A stretch of 63,193 bases of DNA, filler included, from Rhabdomonas costata (Eukaryota), in assembly GCA_019059605.1 (NCBI GenBank). It is 48 parts of 48 records of this genome, joined end to end, with 100 filler letters (N's around TTAATTAATTAA, not from the genome) between each part and the next. Parts side by side here need not be neighbours in the genome. Positions count along the whole stretch, not along the records: positions 11,872 to 13,090 come from JAHMHO010023137.1; positions 13,191 to 14,409 come from JAHMHO010023138.1; positions 14,510 to 15,728 come from JAHMHO010023139.1; positions 15,829 to 17,049 come from JAHMHO010023140.1; positions 17,150 to 18,368 come from JAHMHO010023141.1; positions 18,469 to 19,687 come from JAHMHO010023142.1; positions 19,788 to 21,007 come from JAHMHO010023143.1; positions 21,108 to 22,326 come from JAHMHO010023144.1; 40 more parts are not named here. One strand, given 5' to 3'. Each line of letters opens with the position of its first letter. Position 1 is the first letter of the stretch. This document shows positions 12,501 to 23,595 of this stretch, one piece after another. The position numbers and the translations under genes were made by a program. The notes beneath the pieces were generated by a model. It searched no databases, had not been told where the DNA came from, and saw only the letters and a program-made list of their open reading frames with translations.

Positions 12501-15159
12501 CGCTCGAACGCTCGCTTGCTCAGGACCGTTGGGGCAGACCGAATCGAACCCCGCGAAGGCAACACCGGCACAGCAAGAAGGAGCCACACGCCAAGGAAAA
12601 ACCCGAAACGCATCCCGCAACTCCCGAAACTTTCGGGTGGGCACAATCGGTGGGGTCCCTGTCACTCGAACACACCACGGACAAGACCAGCAGGGCCACT
12701 CACAAACTGACGCACACAAAGCAAAAAAGGCTTCTTCCCGAAAGGTCCAAAGCCAAAGCGGAATCGGAAACCACACATTACCGCTTGCCAAAGAGTCCAG
12801 CTATTCCCCAGGCGTGAGCGCGACGGTTGCCCATCGTTCGCGCCGCGGCCATGGCCTTCAACGTGCTTCGGGCGGCCACGGAACCCTTCCGCTGTAGTGG
12901 CGGGGCATGAGCCTCCTCAAGATGGCACGTCTCGCGTGGCGGGGGAGGCGAGGTGGACACAGCCACCGATACAGCAGGGCCCACCTGTGGTTGGAAGAGC
13001 GCCCCACCTCACTCGTCCACTGACTGGAGATGGCCTCAACCCAAAGAACGGCACCAAACCAGCAGGCTAACACTCAGTTTAACAAACAAANNNNNNNNNN
13101 NNNNNNNNNNNNNNNNNNNNNNNNNNNNNNNNNNTTAATTAATTAANNNNNNNNNNNNNNNNNNNNNNNNNNNNNNNNNNNNNNNNNNNNGGTTTGGTGG
13201 ATAACATGATTGAGTGATTGGGTGGTTGTACTGGCATCAACCGTAGCATCAGCGTGTGCATCAGCCTTCGCATTAGCATCTAAAGCAATCCATTACCATC
13301 TACTCCCTGGGTGATTTAGCGGTGGTAGTGGAATGCCGTTACCCCTGGCGTTACCCATAGGCATCGGTGTCCATATTATCACTATATCAGCATCCATATG
13401 TAACGGGTTGGTGGTGGCTGCAATGGAGGGTATGATATAGAGTCACTGCAGCCTAGCATACTGTATACCAGAACCGCACTCAATACAGCTGGTTGGCAAC
13501 ATTCATATCATGGTTCTTGTGATATAGTTTGAGAGCTATGCTGAGATTGTAAAGCGTATGGTGTTGCTACTATACGGTACTACCTTGTGCATAGCGTCAT
13601 AACTGGTCACCATGTCACCTCAACCACTTCCATGGTACGGTGGGTTGAGTGTTGGCATTCCACCATCACCTTGTGTCAACTATCCAGCACTACTACCACA
13701 CACATCACACGATGCCAAACCAGACTCATTACTTAGGAACGTCTCCGTACTACTGTAGTTAACTGGAAACTATCTTCGATAAATGAAAGGCCTGTAGGAT
13801 ACGCCGCTGAGGTGATTCGCACTTATGCGTAGAGATATCACGAGGAACATCAGCGAAATAGAAACCAAACACTAAACCACGAACCTTAAATCCGAATATG
13901 GAACCCTGAACCCAAGACACGAAGACAGAATACAGAAAGCACAGACCCTTTGCACAGATCCTCACATTCTCCACACGCAACGCTGACCCTCATCACGACC
14001 TCAAAATCCACACCCTGACTACACACCCACTCACGCACATCATCAGCCCTCCATCTCACGCATCGAACATGACACCACGCCGAATCCGTGACCAAATCAC
14101 TCACCAGACCACTCAAACGTGATGACTTAACCACACCATCCAGACCATCGACCTACACACCATCTGAAACACAGCTACAACTCAACGCCCCGATTCCAAC
14201 ACACACACCGATGCCAATTCACTTCAACACAAACTCCGAGACACGAAACCGAAACCCAAAAACCAAATACCCACGCAAAATTCAAAACAGTGGATCATCT
14301 TTCATGCCATTCAACGAAAGGCAACACGCACAAAACACCACCCGTGTGGTCTAAAATTCACGCAAACCACCATTTTACTACGATACATATACGCGCACAA
14401 ACACAAACANNNNNNNNNNNNNNNNNNNNNNNNNNNNNNNNNNNNNNNNNNNNTTAATTAATTAANNNNNNNNNNNNNNNNNNNNNNNNNNNNNNNNNNN
14501 NNNNNNNNNTTGGTTGCTCTTCGATTTTCATTCTTGCTTTGATGTGGACCGCTCTTGTTGAGTTTTTATTTGCTTGCCCAGCTTATCAAAAGGGTGGTGC
14601 GACACCTGCGCGATGGCCGTGTGCTGGAGCAGCTTCTGCTCACGATGATCCGCGAGGCCTGGCCTGCAGTGGAGCAGGGGATCCCCCTGACCCCCTTTCT
14701 GAGGTCAAAACTTCACTGGGTGTGACGAATCGTTGCATACAATTACATTCTCGTCACCCCTCCTTTTGGACAACTGAATTGGGGGGGGGGGACCGATTTG
14801 GACACCATTGGTTCAGGGCGGAGGTCAGAGGAGATCGTGTAAAGGGGTCATGCAAAAACTTTGACTTTTGCTGGTTAGCGGTGTTAAACATTCAACACCC
14901 CCCAAAAAAATTCAGCCCCCTCCTTTTCGAATGTACTCGAATCCTTTCCGAACCTCTCAACCATGCCAGACCGACACTCAAAATCGCACCCACCCACCTT
15001 CCCCGGCGGCTTTACTTGCTATTTTTCGAATTCCACTTTCGAATTTGCATTGCCCGTTGCGCACAAAACTCATTGATCAGAAACAGGGGCAGCCCCGCCG
15101 AGCCCATCTTTCGTCTCCCTTCGTGCATCCACAATATTGAAAACCACCCTCAAAAAACA

Positions 15160-15578
15160 ATGCAGACTCTGCAGCAATGCGGGACGGAGTTCTCGACGCC
15201 CTTTGGACTTTTCCGCCTGCAGGAGCTGCTGGCGATGGGCACTCAGGGCATCGTGCTGAAGGTGAAGTGCCCCTCCCCCGTCTGCCCCAACAAGTGAGCT
15301 ATTTTGGTGCGACATTGGGTAGTGCTCGATCTGTTCTACAGTGTTTCTCCCTGTAGGATGATCAACCTTCCGTGAAGATTTAATTTGGACACATTGGACG
15401 CATGCGGTTGGGTAGGTGTGGGTTGTTTTTTCGAACTCCACCCCGCACACACCACCACCTCAGGCGGTGAACCAGAATAATATCCCCTTCGCAGTGAAGT
15501 TTTACTACACCTATGACAACGGCTTCACGCTGGTGCATCCCCCGGAGTCCGAGCTGCTGATGCTCCACGCTGTCAAAG
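15160..15578 (+). CDS. Protein kinase N-lobe (exons 15160-15261 and 15464-15578; 5' part of gene)
   Basis: ATG at 15160. A phase-0 GT-AG intron at 15262-15463 gives FRLQELLAMGTQGIVLK|AVNQNNIPFAVKF...ESELLMLHAVK, matching subdomains I (Gly loop), II (AVK) and III (Glu). Confidence 0.8.
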
Positions 15579-15834
15579 GTGGTGCCGTTGTTTTGTCGTG
15601 TTGGGGTGAGCGACGGCAGGGGTTTCATTGCAGCTCACTGGAACGTACCCGTCGCTCCAGTATTGGGTTCATCCTTGCTTCGTCTTTTATTGTGGTGACA
15701 CCTCTATGTTGGACCTGCACCACAACAANNNNNNNNNNNNNNNNNNNNNNNNNNNNNNNNNNNNNNNNNNNNTTAATTAATTAANNNNNNNNNNNNNNNN
15801 NNNNNNNNNNNNNNNNNNNNNNNNNNNNGGTGGG

Positions 15835-16585
15835 GGTTGGCGAAGTTCACCATGCACGGACCTTCGGGCTCCAGGGTGCGCTTGTCCCGCAGCACCTTTG
15901 AGTAGTGGCCGCGGGGGTTTATTCCAAGAGGCCCTCACCCCACCCGACACCTCACCTCACCATACATCCCCTCGTGCGCACAAGACACATGAATGGCGTC
16001 TGGGAAGTGGCGAAGTGAGCACAGATACGCCGCAGGTTGCATGTGCGGTTGAGAGCATTCACGTTTCACGAGTGAGTGAGTGAGTGTGTTCGTCGGGAGA
16101 CCCGACGCACGCAAAGAGCCGCGAAAAGCGCGGTGTGCGTTTAGGACAGCTTGGATGTCAGCCCGGCGGTGGTACTCCAACATTCACATTCCGGCCAGCA
16201 GTCAGCAGACAGCAGACTCCGCGGGCTCCACCAATCTTCACGAATGGCGATCGAGTACCTCACAGCTCATTGCGGAAAAAAATAGTCGGGGGGAAGGGCG
16301 TTCCAAAAGGACACGAATGGGCAATCCACCGGTCTTCTGTGACGGATGGTGGCGCCAGAAGGGCATATAGGGATTCTGTGTCTCCGCAGCTGCAGGACTT
16401 GAAATTGGAATGAGTGGGTGGGCGTGTGGTTGGGAGGGAGCCGGGGTGTCCGTGCCTTGACAGAGTCAACACGGCCGCACTGCTCGAAGAATGCGTGGAC
16501 GTCTGCCTCGGCCCAGCTCTTGGGGATGTTCCCGGCCCACACATTGGTGGAGGGGGCCCCGGCAGCGGAGCCATAGGCTGGGCCA
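15835..16585 (-). CDS. RRM-domain RNA-binding protein (exons 16585-16456 and 15895-contig end)
   Basis: TNVWAGNIPKSWAEADVHAFFEQCGRVDSVK|VLRDKRTLEPEGPCMVNFAN contains RNP2 and RNP1-like motifs. The join requires a GC-AG intron at 16455-15896. Confidence 0.85.
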
Positions 16586-18878
16586 CTGCAGGGGCAGGTG
16601 GGGAGACAGACCAAAGTGAGTCCGGCGGCGAAATTGAAAGTAAGTTTCTTCTTGATTGCTGTTTAAAGGGTTTCGTGGCACTATTCACTGAAGCGCATTG
16701 ACTTATTTCGTGTCATGCACAACAAGTTTCGGTGAAATGTGCGGGAAATGTGTGTTGGGCGCATTGCGCGCTGGCTGTTGCCTGGTTGACTGGTTGCTTG
16801 GTTGTTGGTGACCACTCTGGACTGACGGGAGCTCGCGCTGTTGACCACAGGTGCTCGCGAGAGGTGCCGTTGGAGCGAACGGTGCCGTGGGGAACCGGAA
16901 CCGGCTCACCGCAGAACGTTCCACAACATATGGTAACCTCCCTTCTGCCCCACGACTGCCCCACGGGTCCCGGGCCATTGTCGCGCAGCTGCTCTTTTCC
17001 AGCGGCTACCTGCATTGCTCCATTGCTGCTCCAGAGTGGCCAACCCCAANNNNNNNNNNNNNNNNNNNNNNNNNNNNNNNNNNNNNNNNNNNNTTAATTA
17101 ATTAANNNNNNNNNNNNNNNNNNNNNNNNNNNNNNNNNNNNNNNNNNNNTGTTTTTGGGAAGTAAAAAGCCAGTTGGACATGACTCAGCAAAGGGAGAAT
17201 TTGGAGGGGGGACTGGTGGATCGAGGGCTGTGGTGGGCGTATGTGTGTGTGTGTGTTGGGGTTACTTTTCTCTTTCCCACAGACAACGCCGGGGTGTGCT
17301 CTCCTGCCGCAGTTCTTCGCGATGCTGCCCCGTTCGGTGAGGTGGCTGCTGGAGCGGCCTCTCCTTTGGAAGGTGATTTCTTGTTTGTTTATTTTTGCCA
17401 TGTGTTTGCCTCGGCGTGCTTCTCTCTCCCGGTACATCAGAACAAGCATAAGGGCAAGCAACTGCACTGGGAAAATAAGACTTGTCTCGTAGGTTGGCAT
17501 TAGCTCTCCTCCTCTGCACCACCTCCTCTCCTCTCCTTCTCGCAGCTCGCCGCTGGACTCGGGCGCGTGGCGACCAAGGCGCTGCCCGTGAGAGACAGAC
17601 TTCCACCATCCAACACCTCAACGGGCCGCAGCACTCGCAGAAGGTGCGATTTTCCGTGAGTGGGGAGGGGGGATTTTATGATTTTATGGGCGGGCTTAGC
17701 TTCCATTTGTGTGCCATGTTGAAGATACCCGGCTTTTTGGTGAAATGCAACCGTCTTGGGCTGCGATGGCGTGGGTTCGGACGAACTTGCCATGACGTGT
17801 GCCGGCTGATTGTAAACCCATTTCGACTCCCGGTGGTTTGTCTTGGCTTGCCTGAGTTCGGCTGTAAAGCTCTTGCCCATCCCGGATTGCTGTGGCATTT
17901 ACGTGCGTGTATTGAGGAGGTGGGTTGGGCGCGCGTCTATGGTTCTCGCGTGGGTTTGTAAAAGCGCTTGTCAGGGTTTTTTTGGGCAAGAAGATCACAC
18001 TGAGAATCATTCCAGGCATCACTCCGAGCTTTCCCACACCCGCCTACGTCCACTATGGGACATTACTGAACCATAGGCTCCACTTCCACAGCGGCCGTCA
18101 CGCGCCCCGAAAAGTCGCCTTTGCAGTTCGCCCCAAAGATCTCCCTTACTCCCACCATGGGCACCTCTAAACGCATGAGCAGGTTTCTACAACACCCACC
18201 CGCCGGCCAACTCACAAACGCACAAATCTGCCGATCCCGTTCCTGCTTCTTTCTCTTTCAGCCGGAAAGGGAAGGGGTCTGCCTCCACTTGCGACTCCTT
18301 TCTTGCCTGTGGATTGTGTCTGGCACAGTGAGGGCTGTGCTTTGCAACTGGAGAGTTTGCAACCCCCTNNNNNNNNNNNNNNNNNNNNNNNNNNNNNNNN
18401 NNNNNNNNNNNNTTAATTAATTAANNNNNNNNNNNNNNNNNNNNNNNNNNNNNNNNNNNNNNNNNNNNGTTGTGGGGTCGATATCCTACCGACGTTATTC
18501 TACATTTGCGCTGCCGCAAAGTTGAGTTTAGTGCCTTGTAATTTTTTTAATTTCCATCCAGCCACACATTTCTATACCTTATTCATTACCCGGTCAATAC
18601 CTGCAAGATCCACGATCGAGACGCAACGAAAACGAAGCTTGGAAGGTTTTTTCCATCCGAAAACATAATGGTGCAACTATGGCAGTTCACCTCTTTAGGA
18701 ATTTTTCTAATAAGAAAAGCGCAAATTAATAACTAGTTTTTTGGAAGTTGCCCCTTAACTCCTTGGGCACCCAACAATTCTGTCTGAATGTATGGTTCAA
18801 GGGGTAGGAGCACCAGCAAAAATCAATTCATTGCAGAGCAGATCGAAACGAAAAACCCATTTCCTCCACCAAATGAAG

Positions 18879-19517
18879 GGAGATTGAGGCCCTGCCTGTG
18901 GACTCCCCCGCCATTGACGAGCGAGTGGCGCTGCTGATGCGGCTAGGCCACCGCAGGGTGGCCTCAGAACTCTTCCTGGGCCACCGTAGGGCCGCTTTGG
19001 GAGCTGTTCTTGACGGGGTGCCGGTGGCCTGCGCCCCCGCGGAGTGTGCGGTAAGACTGACCTCGCTGTTTTGTGGCGCGGCCAGGCTGGTAGTGGCGCA
19101 GTACCGGAGGATCTTCCAGGGGCAGCTCCTGCCTCCTTTGCTGCTGTGGGTGACAAAGGTTTGGGCACTGAGTGGAGGGCGGTAGGGGAGGACTGCTCTC
19201 TGTTTTTCTCCTGTTTGAACGCGCGTTTTATCCTTGTTGTCCTCAGAAATGATGTTACTTTCCCGAGGCCGGTCGAAAAAAGCTTCAAGAGATTTGCATT
19301 CTCCACCTGAAGATGGAGCAAGTTTCCTTATTAATATTTTTGCGGATTTTTAGATAGACGATGAGTCAGATGAGTATTTTTAACGGCCGATATTTCTGGC
19401 TTTGCACGCAGGAGGCGGCACGGCTCACCTCGCTAGTGCGGCCACAGCTGTCCTGTGTGGAAACGGAGTTGCGAAAGCTCTGCGTGGATCGGATCTTGGA
19501 GCTTTTCGAAGAGCTCG
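18879..19517 (+). CDS. Exocyst subunit Exo84-like (CATCHR helical) C-terminal region (exons ~18879-19158 and 19412-19517)
   Basis: A phase-0 GT-AG intron at 19159-19411 gives ERVALLMRLGHRRVASELFLGHRRAAL...LTSLFC...YRRIF...LLLWVTK|EAARLTSLVRPQL...CVDRILELFEELG. From memory this resembles the Exo84-C pattern LxRLG...AxxLFLxxR...F...VVW; no search was run. Confidence 0.6.
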
Positions 19518-19901
19518 GTGTGAGGCTTTTCCCCGCCCACACTCCCATTTCCCACCGGAATTTTTTTTGCACTATAGCTAGAGAGATTTTCTGTCCGCAT
19601 GAATTTTACCAAAGTTTACAAACGACCTTGAAAGGATCCCCATTGCTATTACTCTGACACCCAAAACCAAACACACCCACACCCCACNNNNNNNNNNNNN
19701 NNNNNNNNNNNNNNNNNNNNNNNNNNNNNNNTTAATTAATTAANNNNNNNNNNNNNNNNNNNNNNNNNNNNNNNNNNNNNNNNNNNNTGGGGGGAAGGAA
19801 TATAGGCCTGAAGGCCACAAAGAATCAAAGGAAACTAAAATGAAAAGCTTTTTGGGCTTTCATTTGTGCCGTATGGCGGGGTTTACCCATACTTCTCACA
19901 G

Positions 19902-20604
19902 GAGAAGGTCTCGCAGATCAACAACGTCCCCGTCTCCAACCAGCGCCTCATGCTCGAGAGACAGGTTAACCATCCACCCGACCCCAACTCTTGCTTGAGG
20001 TGACATTTAAGCGTTGGCAAAAATTCTCAGCTTTTGACTGTGCTTGAGGCATTTTTGTCTCCTTGGCAGCCTCCCAACAAAACTAATTTAATTAGAGCAT
20101 CATCGTCCAGGGTCCTGCGCGTTTACGAACTGCCGCACGAAGCGGTGAAGGTTTTGGTAATCGAAATACAGCATTCGGGGTCAGTAATTTCACTAACACG
20201 AGATGCTACATCACATTTCTGATGCGTCGGTAGGACTGAAGTTTTGGTTGGAGTTTTTACTTCGGACGAACGGCGAATCTCTCTCAGCATTCTGAAAAGC
20301 GTTTCAAAGCCCGAAAAGCGTTACTGTCAGACGGGTACCAGAATATTTAGCGTTGGGAAACCTTCAGTTCTGAGAAGCTTGGAAAAAAGGATTATGCCAG
20401 GTTTCTGGTGGAGCGTCACTTTCACCTGAAGATGGGGAGGGTGGACCGTTTTGAAATGGGTTGGCGCCCTGCCGTGTGACCCACAGGTTTTGGATGACCA
20501 TTTGAGCCTCTCGGAGCTGTCGATTGCCAACGATACTGTGCTTCATCTGGTGTATCGCTTGGAAGGCGACGAGGAGAGGTGGGAGCCAGCTACTCACTTG
20601 CAAG
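19902..20604 (+). CDS. Ubiquitin-like domain protein, Elongin-B-like (exons 19902-19964 and 20487-~20604)
   Basis: A phase-0 GT-AG intron at 19965-20486 gives EKVSQINNVPVSNQRLMLERQ|VLDDHLSLSELSIANDTVLHLVYRLEGDEERWE, a UBL pattern (PxxxQRL...LxDxxxL...I...LHLV) with no C-terminal GG. Confidence 0.8.
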
Positions 20605-21228
20605 GTCATTGCGTGCCTGTGCACGCGTGTGCCTGTGCGTGAGGCGCCCCCCAGTTGCTTTCTGCCACTGGTCGTGGGTGCCTGTATTCGCTTGTATTCC
20701 CTGGTGCCCTAGAAGGGCACTGAAGGATGTGTTGGTGTTGCCATTATTTTGGACTTTTCCCGAGAGAAAAAGGACGGACATCTCTAGGGGCAGAACTTCG
20801 AACCTGCACAGGAATGCAGGCAAGTTTCTGATTGCCCTGACTAGAACTCATACGTCTCTCACTCCACCACACCTTTCCGGCAGCCAGTGAAACGATCTCA
20901 CGATCTTGCACCGAGATCGAGGGGAGCATACACAAGGAATTTGTGTGCAAAATCTAATTTTTAACTTACTTTTGTAACGCTTTACATCAGTGGTCACCCC
21001 CCCCACCNNNNNNNNNNNNNNNNNNNNNNNNNNNNNNNNNNNNNNNNNNNNTTAATTAATTAANNNNNNNNNNNNNNNNNNNNNNNNNNNNNNNNNNNNN
21101 NNNNNNNAACGGTGAGCTGAGCTGGAGCTCCAATGTGTACTTTGCGTGAGCTTCTGTTTCCTGCGTTTTTTTTTTGAACAATTCCACAAATCGTTTTGGC
21201 TTTTCGTGTGTTTTCTCGTGTGTTTTAG

Positions 21229-22246
21229 GTGACTAACTTTGCTCAGGGGAAGGATTTGGACGAGCACATCTCCCGAATTTGGGTGGAGGTGTGCGCGCAA
21301 CACTTGAAACCGTGGTCGTCACAGCGTCAACTGGTTTGTTGTTGTGATGGGGTTCTTTGTGAAAAAATGCGGTTTCTTTGCCCCAGTGCTGTTTCTCACA
21401 TTCGTGCTGTGTATGGCGAAGTGGATATGGTCTGCATGTAGGGCGGTGGAGGTGACGCGCCGGAATCCTACGAGTACGCAGCATACTACTATGCCTCCAA
21501 GGTTAACTTCCGTTGCTTGAGGGAGAAGGCCATAATGTTCATCACGGGCGATGAGGTATGTGTGCTTGCGCGCGTGCGTTCTAGCCAAGATCGACGGCGT
21601 TTTCTCAAACCCTTCTCAGAAATTGCGATGCTCAAAGCTTCTGGTTAGACCATCTCCCTGTTGCTGCATTAACGTGATATTTTACTGTTAAAACAAGGTA
21701 ATTCGCCCGTTTTTCTGTGATGCAACATAGGGGAATACTTAACAATGAGACGAATGTAGGGTACTAAAAAAATCACTGCCCTGAGCGATGCACGCATCTG
21801 TTGGTGGTATCCCGGCGTTTAACTGCCGTCATTTGTATTGGAATTTCCATTCAGATTCCAAAGAGCGTTGACAACAGCAAATTGCAGCGCTTTCTTGGAG
21901 GTGCGTGTGTGCATATGCTTGCTTGCCTATTCCTGAAATCACGGAAACCGCATGCCTCTGGCAGTGAGGATGACCTCCGTTTATTCTTCTTGTAAATTGT
22001 TTGATACTGTCGAAACCCACCTGTTGCGAAACTTCTGTGCTTGTGCCGCATGATTTTATTTCCATTCTCCCGTTTTTATGAAAACTCGCTGTCCCTCCAG
22101 TCGCAAATATTGCTGCCATCACAGAGACTATTCCAAGGCTCCCTTCTACGGAGGAGATCTTCCAGGTGCTGACGCAGCGATACCACGTCTTCTACCTCTG
22201 CAGGGTCCCCGCAAGCACGGGGCTCGTGCCTCCTTACGTCAAGGCG
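21229..22246 (+). CDS. VWA-domain protein fragment (exons 21229-21288, 21442-21555, 21855-21900, 22125-~22246)
   Basis: Three GT-AG introns splice in frame to VTNFAQGKDLDEHISRIWVE|GGGGDAPESYEYAAYYYASKVNFRCLREKAIMFITGDE|IPKSVDNSKLQRFLG|ETIPRLPSTEEIFQVLTQRYHVFYLCR. GGGDxPE and hhhhGDE are VWA motifs. Confidence 0.75.
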
Positions 22247-22426
22247 GTTTGACACCTCATTTTGCTATTTGTTCTTCAGGATGAACTTCCTTTCTGCCTT
22301 CACACACACACACACACAACCAAACCNNNNNNNNNNNNNNNNNNNNNNNNNNNNNNNNNNNNNNNNNNNNTTAATTAATTAANNNNNNNNNNNNNNNNNN
22401 NNNNNNNNNNNNNNNNNNNNNNNNNN

Positions 22427-23595
22427 GGGTGTTGGGAGAGAATCAAAAGAGTATGGATCAGTCAAACTAGTGGGGGAAGGAGACAGGGCCACTCCGGCCC
22501 CACCAAAGAGGCCCGCTTCAGCCACAGTGAGGACCCCAGCCAGCGCAAGTAACGTGCAAGATCGACCAAGCGTTTAAAATGCACTTCCGCTAAGAGTCTT
22601 AAAGAGACAGTCAGAGACCGTAAATAGATTAAGTCGAGCTCGTCAGGAAAAGCCCCGAAATCCCATCTCGAGCAGAGTGACACCAGAGACAGCTGCAGAG
22701 GGCGCCAAAGGTGTTTCGTCCTTGCGCTCAGAGGAAAAGCCAAGTGTCATTCTGGCCGCGGAAGAGAAGAGGTTGATGATGGGTGCAGAAGTTCGACTCA
22801 GAGTCCCGACAGAAAGCGCACGCATGGGCTCAGTCATGATGTTGAAGTCAGCGAAAAGGAAGAGCCGGAATCTGTACATAGCAGAAGAGAATTGCGCGAA
22901 GTGTTATGGGGAGAAAGGAGAACGGACGCAGAATTATCGGTCGTCAGCAACCGCCCAATTAAAGAGAAGCGAGAAGTTGAAAACCCCCAGTTGGTGGTGT
23001 TGGGATCCGAAGGAGACATCTCCTTGAGGGTCAGAGGTGGACACTCGCCTAAGATTTGGATGGAATACCCCGAGTCCGAGCATTGCACAGAGCTTTGCGA
23101 GTGTAGCGTGGTAGTAGACGAGTTTTCAGAGGAGTCTTTGGATGATTTAGCAAAGACAGCGGTGAGCAGCATTCGAAGAGGTGAAGGAAGTACCACGGTC
23201 TCGCTGTTCGTGTTGCCATTCCATAGAGACGCGAGAGAGGGGGTTGCATTCTTGGGAGATTTGCCAGACCCTTCACCCCCTCAGCCACTAATGTTCTTGC
23301 CGTTGTGGATTGGGAACACCCAAGTTAGGGCGTTACTGGATTCCGGAGCTTCAGACTCTTTTATAAGTCAGGAGTTGGTCCAGAGATTCCGTTTGCATAG
23401 GTACCCGTTGCAGCAGAAGCTTACGGTGAGGGTTGCGAAAGGGGAAGGACTTCCCGTGACGCACTTCTTCCGAGTTGTCGGAAGGTTGGATACCATGCCG
23501 ATCAAATTGTTTTTGAGAGTGATCAAGACGGCAATCCCAGTGGTGCTTGGCTATCCCTTTTTAACGAGGCTGCAACTGCAGATTGATTGGAAGGG
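22427..23595 (+). mobile_element. Ty3/gypsy-type LTR retrotransposon fragment: pre-protease spacer plus retropepsin (copy 1, frameshifted)
   Basis: VRALLDSGASDSFIS (catalytic DSG) ... VRVAKGE ... VVLGYPFLTRLQLQIDWK, with no introns. Homologous to 55385-56603. Confidence 0.88.
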
